Positions 28,439 through 42,000 of a stretch of 64,000 bases of DNA are shown in pieces; the stretch's first letter is position 1; every line of letters begins with the position of its first letter. The position numbers were made by a program, and so were the translations under genes. Under the pieces are notes generated by a model that was not told the DNA's origin, did no database searches, and worked only from the letters and a program-made list of their open reading frames with translations. Where the stretch lies: contig JAAOMT010000521.1 in the NCBI GenBank assembly GCA_016748015.1, positions 218,907 to 282,906 on the forward strand, read 5' to 3'. The DNA comes from Geosiphon pyriformis uo1. Its lineage: Eukaryota; Fungi; Glomeromycota.

Positions 28439-28991
28439 TTCTTCTATAGTTGCTGTTAAAGAAATGGTGATCTTTCATTTTATTAATAGAACCCTCATTC
28501 CTTCTGGTCCATCTCAAGTTATTTATATACATTGATGATCTCTTACTTGATCATTTATTTGATAGTATATAAATGGAGGAATGTGCATGCAAGCTTTAAT
28601 TAGGCTCATTAAAAATTAAATTAGAAATTCAAGTTTAAAATTATATAATCACAAGCATGTTATTTGCGATTCACTTGACCATTTGTTGAACATTATTAGG
28701 AAGGTTTCAAAATTCCGAAAAAGGACGAAATTGAATTAGATTCTGATGTATTCAAACAATATGCTCCGGTTGGAGGAAGTGATCAACATGGCAGTCTTCA
28801 AGCTTTGGGTTACATCTTGCAAAGCTCCATCCTTTTGTCCATCAGAACTTGGCTGATTAAAACCAAAGGTTTGCCTTTTCTTAGGACTTCATATCAGATG
28901 ATTTTGGTGGAAATTGACGAGGAATTCTTGAAAGATTTGTCGTTGGTGTAAGAAATGAATATGTCGAAGCTTTATTACATCAGGATTCGGG

Positions 28992-29469
28992 TCAAGGACT
29001 ACTCTGCCGAATTCGCTGTCTCACGTCACGCTCTTCTGGGGCACGTGGCTTATAATACCATTGGACGTAACTCGTCCATGCTATGAATGGCAGAAAGTTT
29101 ATTTAAAAACCTGGTCTGTTTGATTTACCTCATTAAAATTTAATGAGAAATACCCCATAATGAAAATCTTCGTCCTATTTGCCGTGCTATTACGGGTAAA
29201 GCGAGGGTAAGAAGGAGAACTCGAAGGTCACGCCAGAACTCTTCCATGTGCAGGTCGAAGTCCAAGTCAGCGTCAGTGTCTTGCCCTTGAGGAGTTTGCA
29301 GGTCCTCAGAATCCTCTTGGTCATGTTCTCTTTGATTCTCAAGAGGCTGAGAAGAGGCAGAAATTCCCAACTGTTCATCTTCATCCTCTCTAAAGGTGTT
29401 TGCGGCTGCTTCATCAAGGTAGCCATGGTTGTCAACGGGAAACAGACGCGACCGTTCTTGAGTTGTCAT
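28992..29469 (-). CDS. MIM2: Mitochondrial import protein Mim2-like, 2 exons
   Basis: An acidic N-terminus is followed by MEEFWRDLRVLLLTLALPVIARQIGRRFSLW-AWTSYVQW, matching the Mim2 pattern W..L..L....P..GR.FGR+F..W.W. Confidence 0.6.
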
Positions 29470-29808
29470 GTTAAGGGGTTCGAGGTCTTGCCTGTAACAT
29501 CAAAGATCTTCACTTCTTTATACTTTTTCATTATTATCACCTGATTGAGATTCTGCGGCCATGTCTCACGCCGCCGCATGATATTTATATCAACTTTTAC
29601 AATAACATAAGTTCTGTCCGATTGCCAAAATAGGGAATAAAGACTGCGGTCTCTTCAAGATTTCGAACTGTTTATTTCTATTTTTGCAGAATGGTGTGAA
29701 AAAATCCACAATATGCAGCTAGCAGTTAAGTCAATACTATAACAAGAGGTCTCCCTTTTATCCACCAAATTTTTAATTCATAGCGTGTTTTTCTTACTTG
29801 TTTGTACT

Positions 29809-30737
29809 ATGGGACCCATGATGATGGCAACAACATTTGATTCCGAATCTCAACAAACTCAAACCCAAACGCAAGCACAAATTCAGAATCAACAACCACA
29901 ACCACAGTCAAACGGCTCTAGCAATCATAGTAGGCATAGTAGCATATCCAGTAACAATACATGTGATGACCCCGAACTTCAAGCTTTAACAGATTTGGAA
30001 AGACAACTCGAAAAATTGATAAACACATTTTGGAAGGCGGCAGTTAACATGTGTGATACTACAGACGACAAAGCAAACTTCAGTGACAATTTGTAGGTTT
30101 TAATATCTGTCGTTTCTTTGTACCAGGTTCTTCCTGTGTTTATACACACTGATTGGTAGTTGACTAACAAAAATATCGCGACTTATTTTGCGTTAGCCCA
30201 GAGATATTAAAAGAATTAAATTTGGTGGATGAATTCAACGATAGAATCACCACCCAGGTGCCGATCGAAGCACTCGAGTACCGTATCTCAATCTTCTCTA
30301 TAATATCATAATCAATTCTTTCCTACATCGAGTGGAGAGATGAATTTGTGCAATTGGCCCTTTCACCATTACTTTGCTAAAAGATTACATGGACGTGGTT
30401 TTTTAAATATATAACTATTTGGTTAGGTCTCTTGATAAGGGTGAAAATCCAGAAAATTTAATAACCGACTACCTAAAAAGTGTAATGGACCAAGAAACAC
30501 TGATGAGGGAGAAAACACAATCTATCCAGGTGAAGTACAGGCCGCAAGAAAATCAAATTTTGCGCTTTGTGTTCAAAGATCAAAGAGATTTCGCTTCGAG
30601 AAGTTTTTCTAATCAATCTCAATTTCTTCTTGTAGGACTTATATGAAGCACTTTCTGATGCATTGGATAGAGGCCTTAACGAAACCTCCTCAGCTCTTAG
30701 GTCGAATGCTGAGTCGAGTCACAGTAACGGATTCTAA
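29809..30737 (+). CDS. MED10: Mediator subunit Med10/Nut2-like, 4 exons
   Basis: LERQLEKLINTF, then QVPIEALE-SLDKGENPENLITDYL..EKTQSIQ, matching the Med10 VP.E....ID.G.NP motif; GT-AG introns. Confidence 0.72.
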
Positions 30738-31739
30738 CATTCACTTTCACCCCCGTGACGGACATCTAATTGGAACATCTGGAAGGTTGTTTGGTGACAC
30801 TGCCGTTGGCTACAAAAAAAGTTGAAAGAATGTGTTGGCGAATATGATTTGCCTACGCTACCTCTAAATGCCGAATGGCATGTCATTACTACACCCTCTC
30901 TTCACACAGAAAAGTCAGTTCAAGCAAGAAAATGAGGCAATTGGCATATCAGCATACGCGTCTTTGCTCAATTGACTATATTTTTATGATCTGGCTGCAA
31001 CCGAAATTCCTAATGAACAATGAACAAGATTGGAATCAATTTGAATTTTTGATCCACGAAATGAACTTATTTCGGTGGAAATAATCATGTTAAATTTCAA
31101 TAGAGAAATTTAATTAGATTTAATTATTAAACAATTAATTGAAATAAAAGCCATCAAGAACACGAAAATTTTTACCTTAACAACTTATAAAGTGGAGGTG
31201 GTTTTGAATTGTAATTACCTCTGGGACAACTCATTAAGGCTTATATAGCTCCTAAGCGCCCCTAACCAACAAATAAAATATATAAGGATCACTTTTGAAC
31301 TTATGCTCTAAACCATCCTTTTTATTTAAGGATAGGAAGTCGAGGAAATAAACCCAAACGTCTAACCTTTGAACGAGGGAGGGTAGAGTAACCTAAAGCA
31401 ATAAATTCGTCCGTTTAAAATGGAAACTAGATCGTAAAGTCAATCATGATTGCAAGGGACTAGGCATTTTTAAACCTTTATCTATTGTGAAAAAGACAAA
31501 TGTTCGAGGATTGATATTAAAAATCAGCGACAATTTTAAAACTAGTACAAATTGTGTAATGTTTTTTTGAACTTTTAGCAGAATCTTCGGAGGATAAATC
31601 ATACTTTCGTTAGGCTGAATAAAAATTTATTATAGCAGCGTGAAAGCAAATTTGAATATCATATCCATGATACGTTATATGAGACTGGATTATCGAGAGA
31701 CTAGCTCAAATTCACCACTGATTTGGAGGCAAACGTTCG

Positions 31740-33617
31740 TCATGAGTAAGTCTTCAACATTTCTTCAAGCATATTCACTTCCTTTTGATCATCGTCATCA
31801 CTCTCCCCTTCATCTAAGGGTTTTTGGATATTTAATTAGAACAAAAATTATCATAGTAATAATTTTCAAATTATTAATATTAAATGTTTACCTATTCCAC
31901 TATTTACATCCGAAATTGTCATGGGATCACTAGAAAAAATATTAGTCCCATCTGATTTACTGTTTTCAACAGTTGGGTCGTTGATGTAGTCATCAAGAAA
32001 TAGATATTGATTCACATCAATTTCGTCCTCAGTAAGGTCTCCTGGTATGCTGCTTTGATTGACTATATCAAATATCGAGGCCCAGTAATCATCATTCTTT
32101 TGCTTGAATTTTAATTGCACCATACCCTGAGCAGCTTCGATCTCTTTGGTCGTATTATAGGCTTGCTGATCATCCATTTTTGAAGCTTCTGATGTTGCAG
32201 TATTTGGAATTATAGAAGATTTCGGTGAAGGTAGGGAGGTAACGTCAAATATTGTTGATGTATCTTCTGCTCTGGATTTATCAACGATATCATATATCAG
32301 AGCTGGATTTGGTGCGAGTTCAATTATTTCTCTCGTTTCATTTTGTTTAGTATTTAAAATATCCAGCATAGTCAGTAAAATTTTCTCCTCAGTCTGTAGA
32401 TTCTCTAGTTGATATTTAAATGTCTTTTCTAATCTTTCAATTTCTTTCATCTCATATTGCATTTCTTCTTCAAGCAGGGCGATTGTTCGGCTAAATTTGT
32501 GAAGACCAAACTGAATTAGATTAATCAAAGAATCATTTTAATTGAAAATTTTGTGATCATTGAATTCATTTTATTACATCTCATTATCTAATCTTTTTGA
32601 TGGTGATTCACTTCGAAGAGGAGGGTTTTTTAATCCTGGAAGTACAAGACGAGGGGGAACTGGAACTGACGGTTTTTTCCTGGGACAGGATGCTGAAGAG
32701 ATAAAAGATGTTGTGGGTGACAAACTTGGGCCGATATTATCAAAATTTTCTTCTAAATCAAAATCGATCGTTTGTCGGATTCCTTCGTTCATCATGCTTT
32801 GTCCTTCGCCGATGTCATCTGGCAGACAGGGTAGAGAGTCATCAAGGAATAAATCTCTATCTTCGGAGAGCACTACAAATGAATCAATCTCTGGGCTGCC
32901 TTTTGTAAAGTAATTAATATCCTCTCCTTCTCGCTCTTCCTCGTCGTCTTTTTCTTCCTCCTCCTCTACCTCTTCATCAAACTCTTGATAACTGTTATAA
33001 TTGCCAGTATAATCTTCTATTAAAAAATTTGCTTCGTCATAAACTCCTTCTTCGGGTTCCTCAAAGGGCGAACTCTCGTCATATATAATTTCTTCAGCAT
33101 CCGTAAGTGGGCTATATTCTCTATCTCTAATTAGTTGTTTTGTAAAAGGATTATGCTGTCTATTAAAATCAAGATAAACATTCTCCTCTAAAGAATTATC
33201 GAGATCATTCGAATAAAAATAATCATTGTCTATGCTCTGAATAGTATCACCACCGGGATATTTCGCTGATACTTCTTTCTCCTTTCCTTTGTTGCATTTT
33301 AAGAGTTTTATTTCTTGCACATTTCCTTCATAAAGGCTAGAAGCCGAGATCGTGGTCGAGTGTCCCGTTTCGTATTCATCATTGAGAATTCGTTCAGAAT
33401 GTCCTCCAGAGTCGGGAAACAAGTCGGATATTTCTCTGATTTCCAAATTGGCTCGCTTTTTAGAAGTTACTTGGCCATCCGAAATCTTTTTCCTTTTCTT
33501 CTGTTTACCGGGACTCAATTGGTTAATTTTTGCTAGTTTTTGACAAGGTGACAGAATTTGGACGTTGTCATTTGCTTTCCGCTTGCCTTTTGCAGTCGAA
33601 TTTTCGCTAGGAGGCAT
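31740..33617 (-). CDS. Hypothetical acidic, low-complexity protein with NLS-like basic clusters, about 3 exons
   Basis: ORFs 32574-33617 and 31866-32528 plus a short last exon DEGESDDDDQKEVNMLEEMLKTYS*. KGKRK and KQKKRKK lie near the N-terminus. Confidence 0.65.
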
Positions 33618-33890
33618 GTTGAAAAGAGATCATGGCAAAAATTGTGGGATATTGTTTATGAAATCAATGTTATGACTATTAAATTAGCTATGATTTTTAT
33701 AATTTTGCAGTCGATCCAGCATTGTAGATCCCACGGCCCCACGTGGGAAGAAATTTTGCTAATGTGACAAATAATTAATGATTTGGAAGGAAACTAGAGC
33801 TACATTCTTTTTTGAATATTTTGTATTTTAATATATTTCAGTTCCTATAAGCTTTGTTCCTCCAAGGCGGGGAAGCTAAAGAAGAAAAGG

Positions 33891-36800
33891 ATGTCGGACT
33901 CTTTCTTTGGCTTTGACACTACAATGCCTCCTTTGAATTCAGAAAACTTAACTGGATTAGAAAATACAGCTGAAGACGACTTGACGTTGAAAAGCGAAAA
34001 TTTAGAGCTTGAATCAGTGGAGGAATTCAGAGGGCTTGATTATGAAACCAGTTTTGATCCTTTGGGGGATCAGTTAGAAGAAGAAAGAGATGATTATAAT
34101 AACGAAACTTTTGGTGGAGAGTTGGACATTGGTACGTGAGATTTTGTTTGGTTTGGTACCATCTATCAATGCAATTTCTGCAATTAAAACTAAATTTCTA
34201 GTCAATTTATTCTAATTATAGACCAGGATTTTGATTTCACCCAAAGTAATGCCAAAATTGCTGACACGATACAAAAAGAGGAAAAAATATATGTCACTCG
34301 AAGGGAAAGTGCTGCATCAGAAATAGATGGTATTTCATCTATTTTAATCACAAATTATTTAATGCTTTCTTATGAAACTCAATATTGTTGTTTTTTCTTC
34401 TAAATCGTAGAAACTATTCGAACAAGGCCCGCACTATCAGCATTGTGGGATGTTCAATCAGGAATGACAACGAATGTTAATGGCGTATATTCAAATGAAG
34501 CGACTAGCCCGCCCTTGATGCCCGAGGTATCTATATTACGCAAGCAAAGTTTTCTCTCCGATTCCGGTATTCAAGTTCACATTCAACACAAACTGATCCC
34601 ATAAATTGCGTCAAGTCTCCAATAAATTCTTCAATATGGGGATCATATCCTCCACAATCTACTCGCAAAGGTTTGATTTCCAAACAATAGAAAATTTTTT
34701 ATTAAAGTTAAAATTTTTACTGATTAATAAAATTTATGCTCATTTCTCTATTTTTCCCTATTTAAACCGCTACAGAATCTCTTCCTCGCCATAATGAATC
34801 CAATCGACACGCTTCATATGACGCTCCACCATCCTATCCTCCACAGCAAGTATCTCCACTGCCCCCTGGATTTGGGCCTCCTACCCAACGTGCCTCACTA
34901 ATTTCCCTAGAAGAAATTGAAGAGCAATTGCAAAGACAAGCAGGACAATCAGTGCTCGCAGAGACTCAATTACAAAGACAATTTGGCCCGCCAGCGCGTA
35001 GTTCCCCACTACCAGAAAAGACAATGCTGAGTTTGGCAGAAGTTGAAGCTGCACTGCTAGGCATGAATGGACGTCCACCACCTTTGCCTGTGTATTCTCA
35101 CCCAGAAGCTGGGTATCGCGAACATGAGGCTGCCTATTTAGAACAAGAAGCAGCTGTTCGTGAGGAAGAAGCTCGGCATTATGAGCGAGAGAGGAAAAGC
35201 AGGGAAAGGAATCGAAAGTTGATGGAAATGGTATGCTGCTACTCGTTCTGATGATACTATTAAATTATAGGTGCTATTTAAAGTTGCGTATTTTTTGCTC
35301 AATTTTTTTCTTCAGGCCAGGTATAATGGGCTTATGACACAAAATGATAAGGAACAAATCAATCGCTTCCAAATATCTCAGCTTGTTACTGATGACCCTT
35401 ATTCAGATGACTTCTACTATCAAGTTTACACAGCCATACGCAGCCGTCAAGCACAATCTCAAATGCCTCCATTTTCTCCGCACTCAAACGGTGCAATGAT
35501 AGGACATGAGCGGGGGAGACATAGAAGCAGAGGATCAGAGAGCGGAATGTACAAAATGCAACAGCAAGTCTTGAGAATTGTTAATGACGCTAAAAGGAAA
35601 CCGAAATCTACCCAATGTAATGTTTGGAACTGTTATAATGAATTTTAGTGATTAAACTTTTAATCTGATGCTTTTTATTTACTAGTATCACTAGAAGGCG
35701 CTTTAGGAAAGATTGCTTTAAACTCTGTTCGCAATCCTAGGCAGCTACTGCAAGTTTCTGGGAAGCCTCATGAGAATAACAATCATAATAGTCATCATGG
35801 TAGCCCTACTGGTGCTAGTCATCGTCAAAAGGCTCCTTCAATTTCCTCTCATGGTGTGCCAGATCATCGTAAAACTTTACGTTCTATTGAAAATGTATAC
35901 ACAGCTGTTTTGGGGTTGGAAGAATTAAGGCGTAATCAGCCTCCTTTACCGCGACCATATTTAGACCACGAAAGAGAGGCGATTGAAAAATGGTTTGTCT
36001 AGTTTTGAATATATCTTAATGTCAAGCCGCCCAGTCTTAACAAATCCAATATATTATGATAGGAATGAAGAATACACTCAATTAGCCAAAACCATGTGGG
36101 AGGAACTAGTTGTTACTGAACCGATTGGCATTAGGTAATTGCATGAAATGTCGTTATACTTGATACCTCAAGTCAGTATGATTTGTATATCCACAATCAC
36201 GATCCTACTTATTGTCATTTAGCTATCCTCATCCGTTTATCAGTATACTTTCAGTTTCCAAAGGCAAAAAAGTTATTCCACGTGTTTTGCGTCACTGCCT
36301 TCCCGGTCAAATGCTTACCATGATAACGATGCTTGTAGCCAATTTTGAATCACTAGATGTGTGTAAGGGTGCCCTTTGGGGACTCAACGGCAACCTTACC
36401 ACTGCAGTTTTGGATGAAGTTGAATTATTTATGAACACTGTAGTTCCGCCGTTGTATCAGTTTGTAGCCGAGGCTCCATTGAAGATTGTGATTGGCCTTT
36501 TGGCGTTATTTATAGAGAGAAATAATATTAGTTGGGTGTCAAGGAGCAAGGTGCAGCATCTGTTTTACTTTAATTGAATTCTTTATACACCCAATAATCT
36601 ATTTAATATTGGAATTCCTATTAACAATAGGTAGGACTTGCTTTCCTCACAATGTTTTTGAGCCGTGCAGAAATATTAAAACAAGGAGTTGGTGCTACTC
36701 AAGGATTACCCCCACCAGAAGATCGTGAAATAATCCAATGGTAATATAGTAATCGCCCTACCTTGTAAAATTCTAGTTTTGTATTAAATATATATCACTC

Positions 36801-37172
36801 CTTTGGATACACCAGGCAAGAAACATATAATCGTTTATTTAGTCAACTTCAAAACCATTTCTTATCATTGTTCCCACCTATCGTCCTTGGAATCGATGAT
36901 ATGTATGTATGGCAATTTTTGGCAGCAATGGCCGTTGGAGCATCGATGGAACAACAGCACATTTTGGTGACGGAAGTGAGGTAAGAATTGTGGTGTTCAC
37001 CTCGAATAAATTGAAAAAAGCTGCATACTAATAGGCTCACATTAGAGAGCGAGTTCTTGAAACTTTGATGCAAGCCTCGCGACTTACCACGGACAAAGGT
37101 GGACATAAAATCACCAACGTAAATCTTTTCCTACACGCTTTGGGACTTGACGCCTCTCAATTGAAGCTATAA
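33891..37172 (+). CDS. PAT1: mRNA decapping activator Pat1, multi-exon
   Basis: MSDSFFGFDT, YNGLMTQNDKEQINRFQISQLVTDDPYSDDFYYQV, LEGALGKI, HPFISILSVSKGKK, YVWQFLAAMAVGASMEQQHILVTEV and NVNLFLHALGLD. Confidence 0.95.
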
Positions 37173-37467
37173 AATCATAAAAAGTCATTTAAGAAAATAA
37201 TGTTAATCTCTTAAACTTTCTAAAATTGTACTATACAACGAAGAATTAAAGAAAATGATCAAATCTAGGTCGTGGATATCTCACAACTATTCACTCTTAT
37301 AACTGATATCATGAAAAAGGTTACAACCAAAAATGTTTGTGTACCAAATATTTGTTTGTCATTTTAATCAATCTATATCATGTCTCTTGATGACATAAGA
37401 CAATTTTATTACTAGCAACCCAATTGTCTACATCGAGAATGCTATCTTTTTTTGCATCTAATAGTCA

Positions 37468-38689
37468 TTATTCATCTTCCAAATATTGGAGCTCATGGGA
37501 AGTTTCATAATCGTACATATCTAGGGCAACCTCACAACTTTCCTTTACAACTCTGTCTTTATCTTTTCGAAATTTTTGGAGAATAGGCAAACATTGAGAT
37601 GTTGCGATAGAACCCAAAGCTTCTGCTGCCTCATGTCGAACCATGTATACCTCACTAGTATTTTCCAATGTTTTTATCAGGGCAGGCACACTATCAGGAC
37701 TCTGCAATTGTCCAAATACGTAGGCGATCTCGTGTCTGAACAAAGCAGAAGGATCATTTAATCCTTCTGCCAATGCCAGCACAGCTTGGGTGTCACCTAT
37801 ATTGCGCAATGCAAACATTGCACGGTATCGTTCGAAAAGTGGGAGACGTACATCAAGAAGAATTGTGCGAAGTTCAGGCAACGATTTAGTTTTGTTATTT
37901 GGTGGAGCTGGATCAATGGATGTAAAGGCGCTTTGCAAATTGATTACACGATCAACCAAAAGAACGGATTTTGATTACAATTAATCGATTCATCCTATTT
38001 TGAAGAAACAATAGAATTTAAGAATTTTTACCTGATTGGAATATTATTATTTTTTTCTTTATCATTTTCAAACTTTATTTTGTTAATTGCCAATTCACAG
38101 GTTTCTCGCACAACAACATGTTCGTCATTCAAAAAATCTTCGAGCACATCCAACGAAGCGACATCTCCGATGGCTCCAAGAGCTTCGGCAGCCTTTCAAT
38201 AAAAGATATGATGGTAACCTTAAGATAAATTGGACGAATTAGAGCAAACTATGACTCACTTCATGGCGAACCATGGGATCTTGAGAGGTATCGCACAAAA
38301 CTTGGCGGAGTATTGGGTTGGCATATGAATTTTTCATTTGACCAAGGACATAGGCAAGTTCATGTTTGAGGAGCGCAGAATCGTCGTTGAAGGCTTCATT
38401 TCATGTCAACTTTGTTGAATGAATGGTTTTATTCTTTCACAATATGACAGGAATTGGCTTTCTAAGTAAAAGAAGAAGTATGGCTTTTACCCTTCGCCAG
38501 TATATCTATGCTTTTCTCGTCTGCAAGATTTTTCAGGGTAAACATCGCTCTAAAACGTTTGTGCAGAGGCACTTGACCATTAGCGTTTGTCACCAAGTCT
38601 TCCAGCTTTTTATACGTAGAAGGGTTATCGCGAAGAAAATCTTCGGAAGCAACTGGTAATACTTCACTTGAAATCGTCATTGCTGACAT
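37468..38689 (-). CDS. LIA1: Deoxyhypusine hydroxylase, multi-exon
   Basis: HEAT-like repeats with four HE motifs ([48 protein letters not shown]) and the central SIDPAPP motif. Confidence 0.96.
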
Positions 38690-39001
38690 GGTTTTGTTAA
38701 TTTCTTGTGTTTATAGGTTTTCTCAAATCTGATTTAGAAGCAGTATTTTGTCCTTTTTCACGTGATTTGTGATGATATGTTTAATGAGTCATAAATATAT
38801 TACATTATTTTAATTTAGTATTTTAATTTGTTTAAAACAAGTTTAAATTATGATAAACTGATATGTTATTATTGTTATTGCTTAAAACAAACAATTAATT
38901 TGAAAAAAAGGAAAAAAAGTTGTTTTTTGTTGTTTTGGCTTTTCTTATTATTTAAGCAATTAAAAATATGTTTGCAAAAAAAATAGCAATTTAATTATTA
39001 A

Positions 39002-42000
39002 TTTTTTTTTTTTTTTTTTATTTAACGAGTGAGGTCCAAACACGACCTAGTGCTATACATCATACAAATGATTTAAACTAGGTGCGAATCATGCACTTAC
39101 TACACATGACCAGCCACTCGGGCCAATCAGGACTATACTATATACCTATATGTACAGAAATCAAATCTCCAATATCTAAAAAAAATAGACAAAACTTATG
39201 AAACCCAAAACCAACTCCAAAAGCCTCAGCCACCCCCAGCAATCTAACCACACCAGCCGAAAACACCATAAGCAAACCAGACACAGAAACAGAAGTGGAG
39301 CCATCATGCGGAATCAAACCATGCTTTTCCATAAATGCTTGGTGTCTGGCGCGGACCAACCAAATATCATCCTGAAATACAAGACAGAACTCACGCACAA
39401 AGCTTACAATCTTTTTAGTACCCTCCTTAGAATCTTTAAAAACCGAGACCAATTCACAAAACCATTCATTGAAAACAAAGCCCTTACACAGAGCAACACC
39501 AACTCCAACTTCAGAAACACAAGAAGCCAAGACCTGTAAGACACATGAAGAAGAGTGAAATAGACCAGAAAGAGCCTTCCAAGCTGAAGCATGAGTGCCC
39601 AACAAATAAGCATGGCCTACGGCATCCTAAGGACACAAAAAGACATGATCCAAAGTCTCAATGTTATCACAGAACAGACAGACCACACTGGGGTATCTTC
39701 TATCATATAAACACTTGTGTACAGCAACAGAAAGCTGATGATAGAGAGCTTTTATAAAGTAAATACGACAGCCTGCCATGTACATGCTGGTAAAACTTGA
39801 TGCCAAGTGAGAATTGGGGTGCCACACCATAGAAGACTTAGACCAATTGATATCAGCACACAAACTATCATCCACAACATGTAAACCTACTCCAACCTCC
39901 CAATGAGCTTGATGAACTGACTGAAAAACATCATGAACAAAGTGTCTAGAATTACCAGAAACCACCATACTACCAGTACATAGAAAATGTTTACTGACTA
40001 AATGAGGTAGGTGTCAAGCAGAAAAAGCAGCATCTTTGGCAAGCACATCAGCACGCTCATTGCCTGAGACATCTGAGTGACCTTTTACCTTAACCCAATT
40101 CACATCTAAATTTTTTGATGAATGATAGTCACAATGTGACAATGCTCGATCCAACAGCAGTTCCTGAAATCTGGACGAACCAGCAAAGACTTCGACCTAC
40201 ATGCATCCAAAGCAGCTTGGCTATCCGAGAACAACTCAATCGAATGAGAAAAAAGAACACACTCAAGGGCCAAAGCTATGGCTTGTAGCTCTGTCAGAGT
40301 AGAAGAAACCAAACCAGACACCCTAACACCCAAACCCAAGTTAATGTCCTCAAAAAAAATGGCAGCACCTGCTCTCACGTCAACAGTGCCCAGACCAGAA
40401 AGAGATCCATCCGTATACACAGAAAGGCAGACAGCATCAACGGTCAGCAAAGCATCATGAACCACACCAAAATCATGAGAAAGATGAATATCAGATACAG
40501 CATGACCATCCACCAAAGAAGAATTTGAGGAGAGAGGTCCAACACCACCAAGAAAGTGAACGGAAAGAACAAACTAGAAAGAAACTGGGCCATGAGAGTT
40601 TAGCCTCTTCCAATGCTTGAAGGTTCCCCAACTGAAAACATCACCATTATGGTCATGAAGCTGCTCCACGAAAGCAATTCCATAGCGCCTGAGTGAAGAA
40701 ACACACTTGAAAAAACAGGATTCACCAAGAACCAAAGACATAGAAGTACTGCACCGATAATGAAAAGCACAAGCCAGAGGGCCTCCCAAAGACAAATCAT
40801 ACCCGGAAAAAATACAAACCACACCAGCCAAAAAATTGTTTGAGGGATTAACACCAATATGAGATGGAAACAGCAAAGGGTGACATGGGCGCCAGCTAAG
40901 TACTTGAAAATCATGAGCCCTATGAGAAAAAAGGTGACCCAAAATACCAGCAAAGTTTGCGAAAGCAACAGCGGATACCAATTTACTCTCAGCTTGAATC
41001 TGCTTAAAAATCTTCAAACTGTACAATGAGGGGTGGAGCAGCGCATCATTGGAGAAATCACAGAGCAATCCAGACTTGGACTTCAAAATTTTGTGCACCA
41101 GAGCATCCTATTTGTTACAAACGTCCACAGAAACAAAACTAAACTGAGTTCTATAGCTGATGATAGGAAAAAAAACCATGAACACCAAATACATACACTG
41201 TTTATCAGAAACTGCCTTTCTCAAAACTAGATTTACAAAAAACCACACATCCACTTGGGCCTTAGCTAAGCTGGGCTTTGAGAGACCTTCAGAAGATAAA
41301 AAAATGCCTAGGTAACAATGAGATTCTCTTTTCTTGGCAATAGAAATAGGCACACTACTAATAGTTAAATAAGGGTCCAGCACCTGGCAATTGATGAGGA
41401 TGGCCACTGTCTTGTCGTTATTTACAGAAATATTGTTAAACCCGAAAAACTCACTAGCCATATCAAGGATGCATTGTGTAGCAGCCTGGCTGCTACCAAC
41501 CCAAATAGTATTATCGACAAAAGCACCAGCAGCAAGAAACAAAAACAGCCCAGCTTGAGAGTCTACTCAGCCAGTTCTTAATATGAAATAAGAATTCAAC
41601 CTGTAGCCATACACACTATCCTGTCTCTTGACCTCGCACAAAAATGGATCATAAAAAATACGCCAGAGAAGAGGCAAGAAAACTTCTCCCTGATCCAGCC
41701 CATTGTGGACACAATACCTATCAGTCAAGCCAAAGTCAGTCATCACTCTGTTGATGTGACCATTGTGAATACTGCCAAAAAATCTAATAAACCTGTCACA
41801 TATTTTGATTCTAACCAGACTTCTCCTAAGATGTTCCCAACCAACCAAGTCATAAGCCTTGCGCATGTTCTGCAAAACCAGCCAAAGTTCGCGGTTCTTT
41901 TTCAAGACATCCTCAACCACAGAACCGATAGCAAAAATGGGGGATTGCGTCATCGTACCTTTCAAAACCAAAAAATTGCCCACGAAGAACATCAAAAGTG

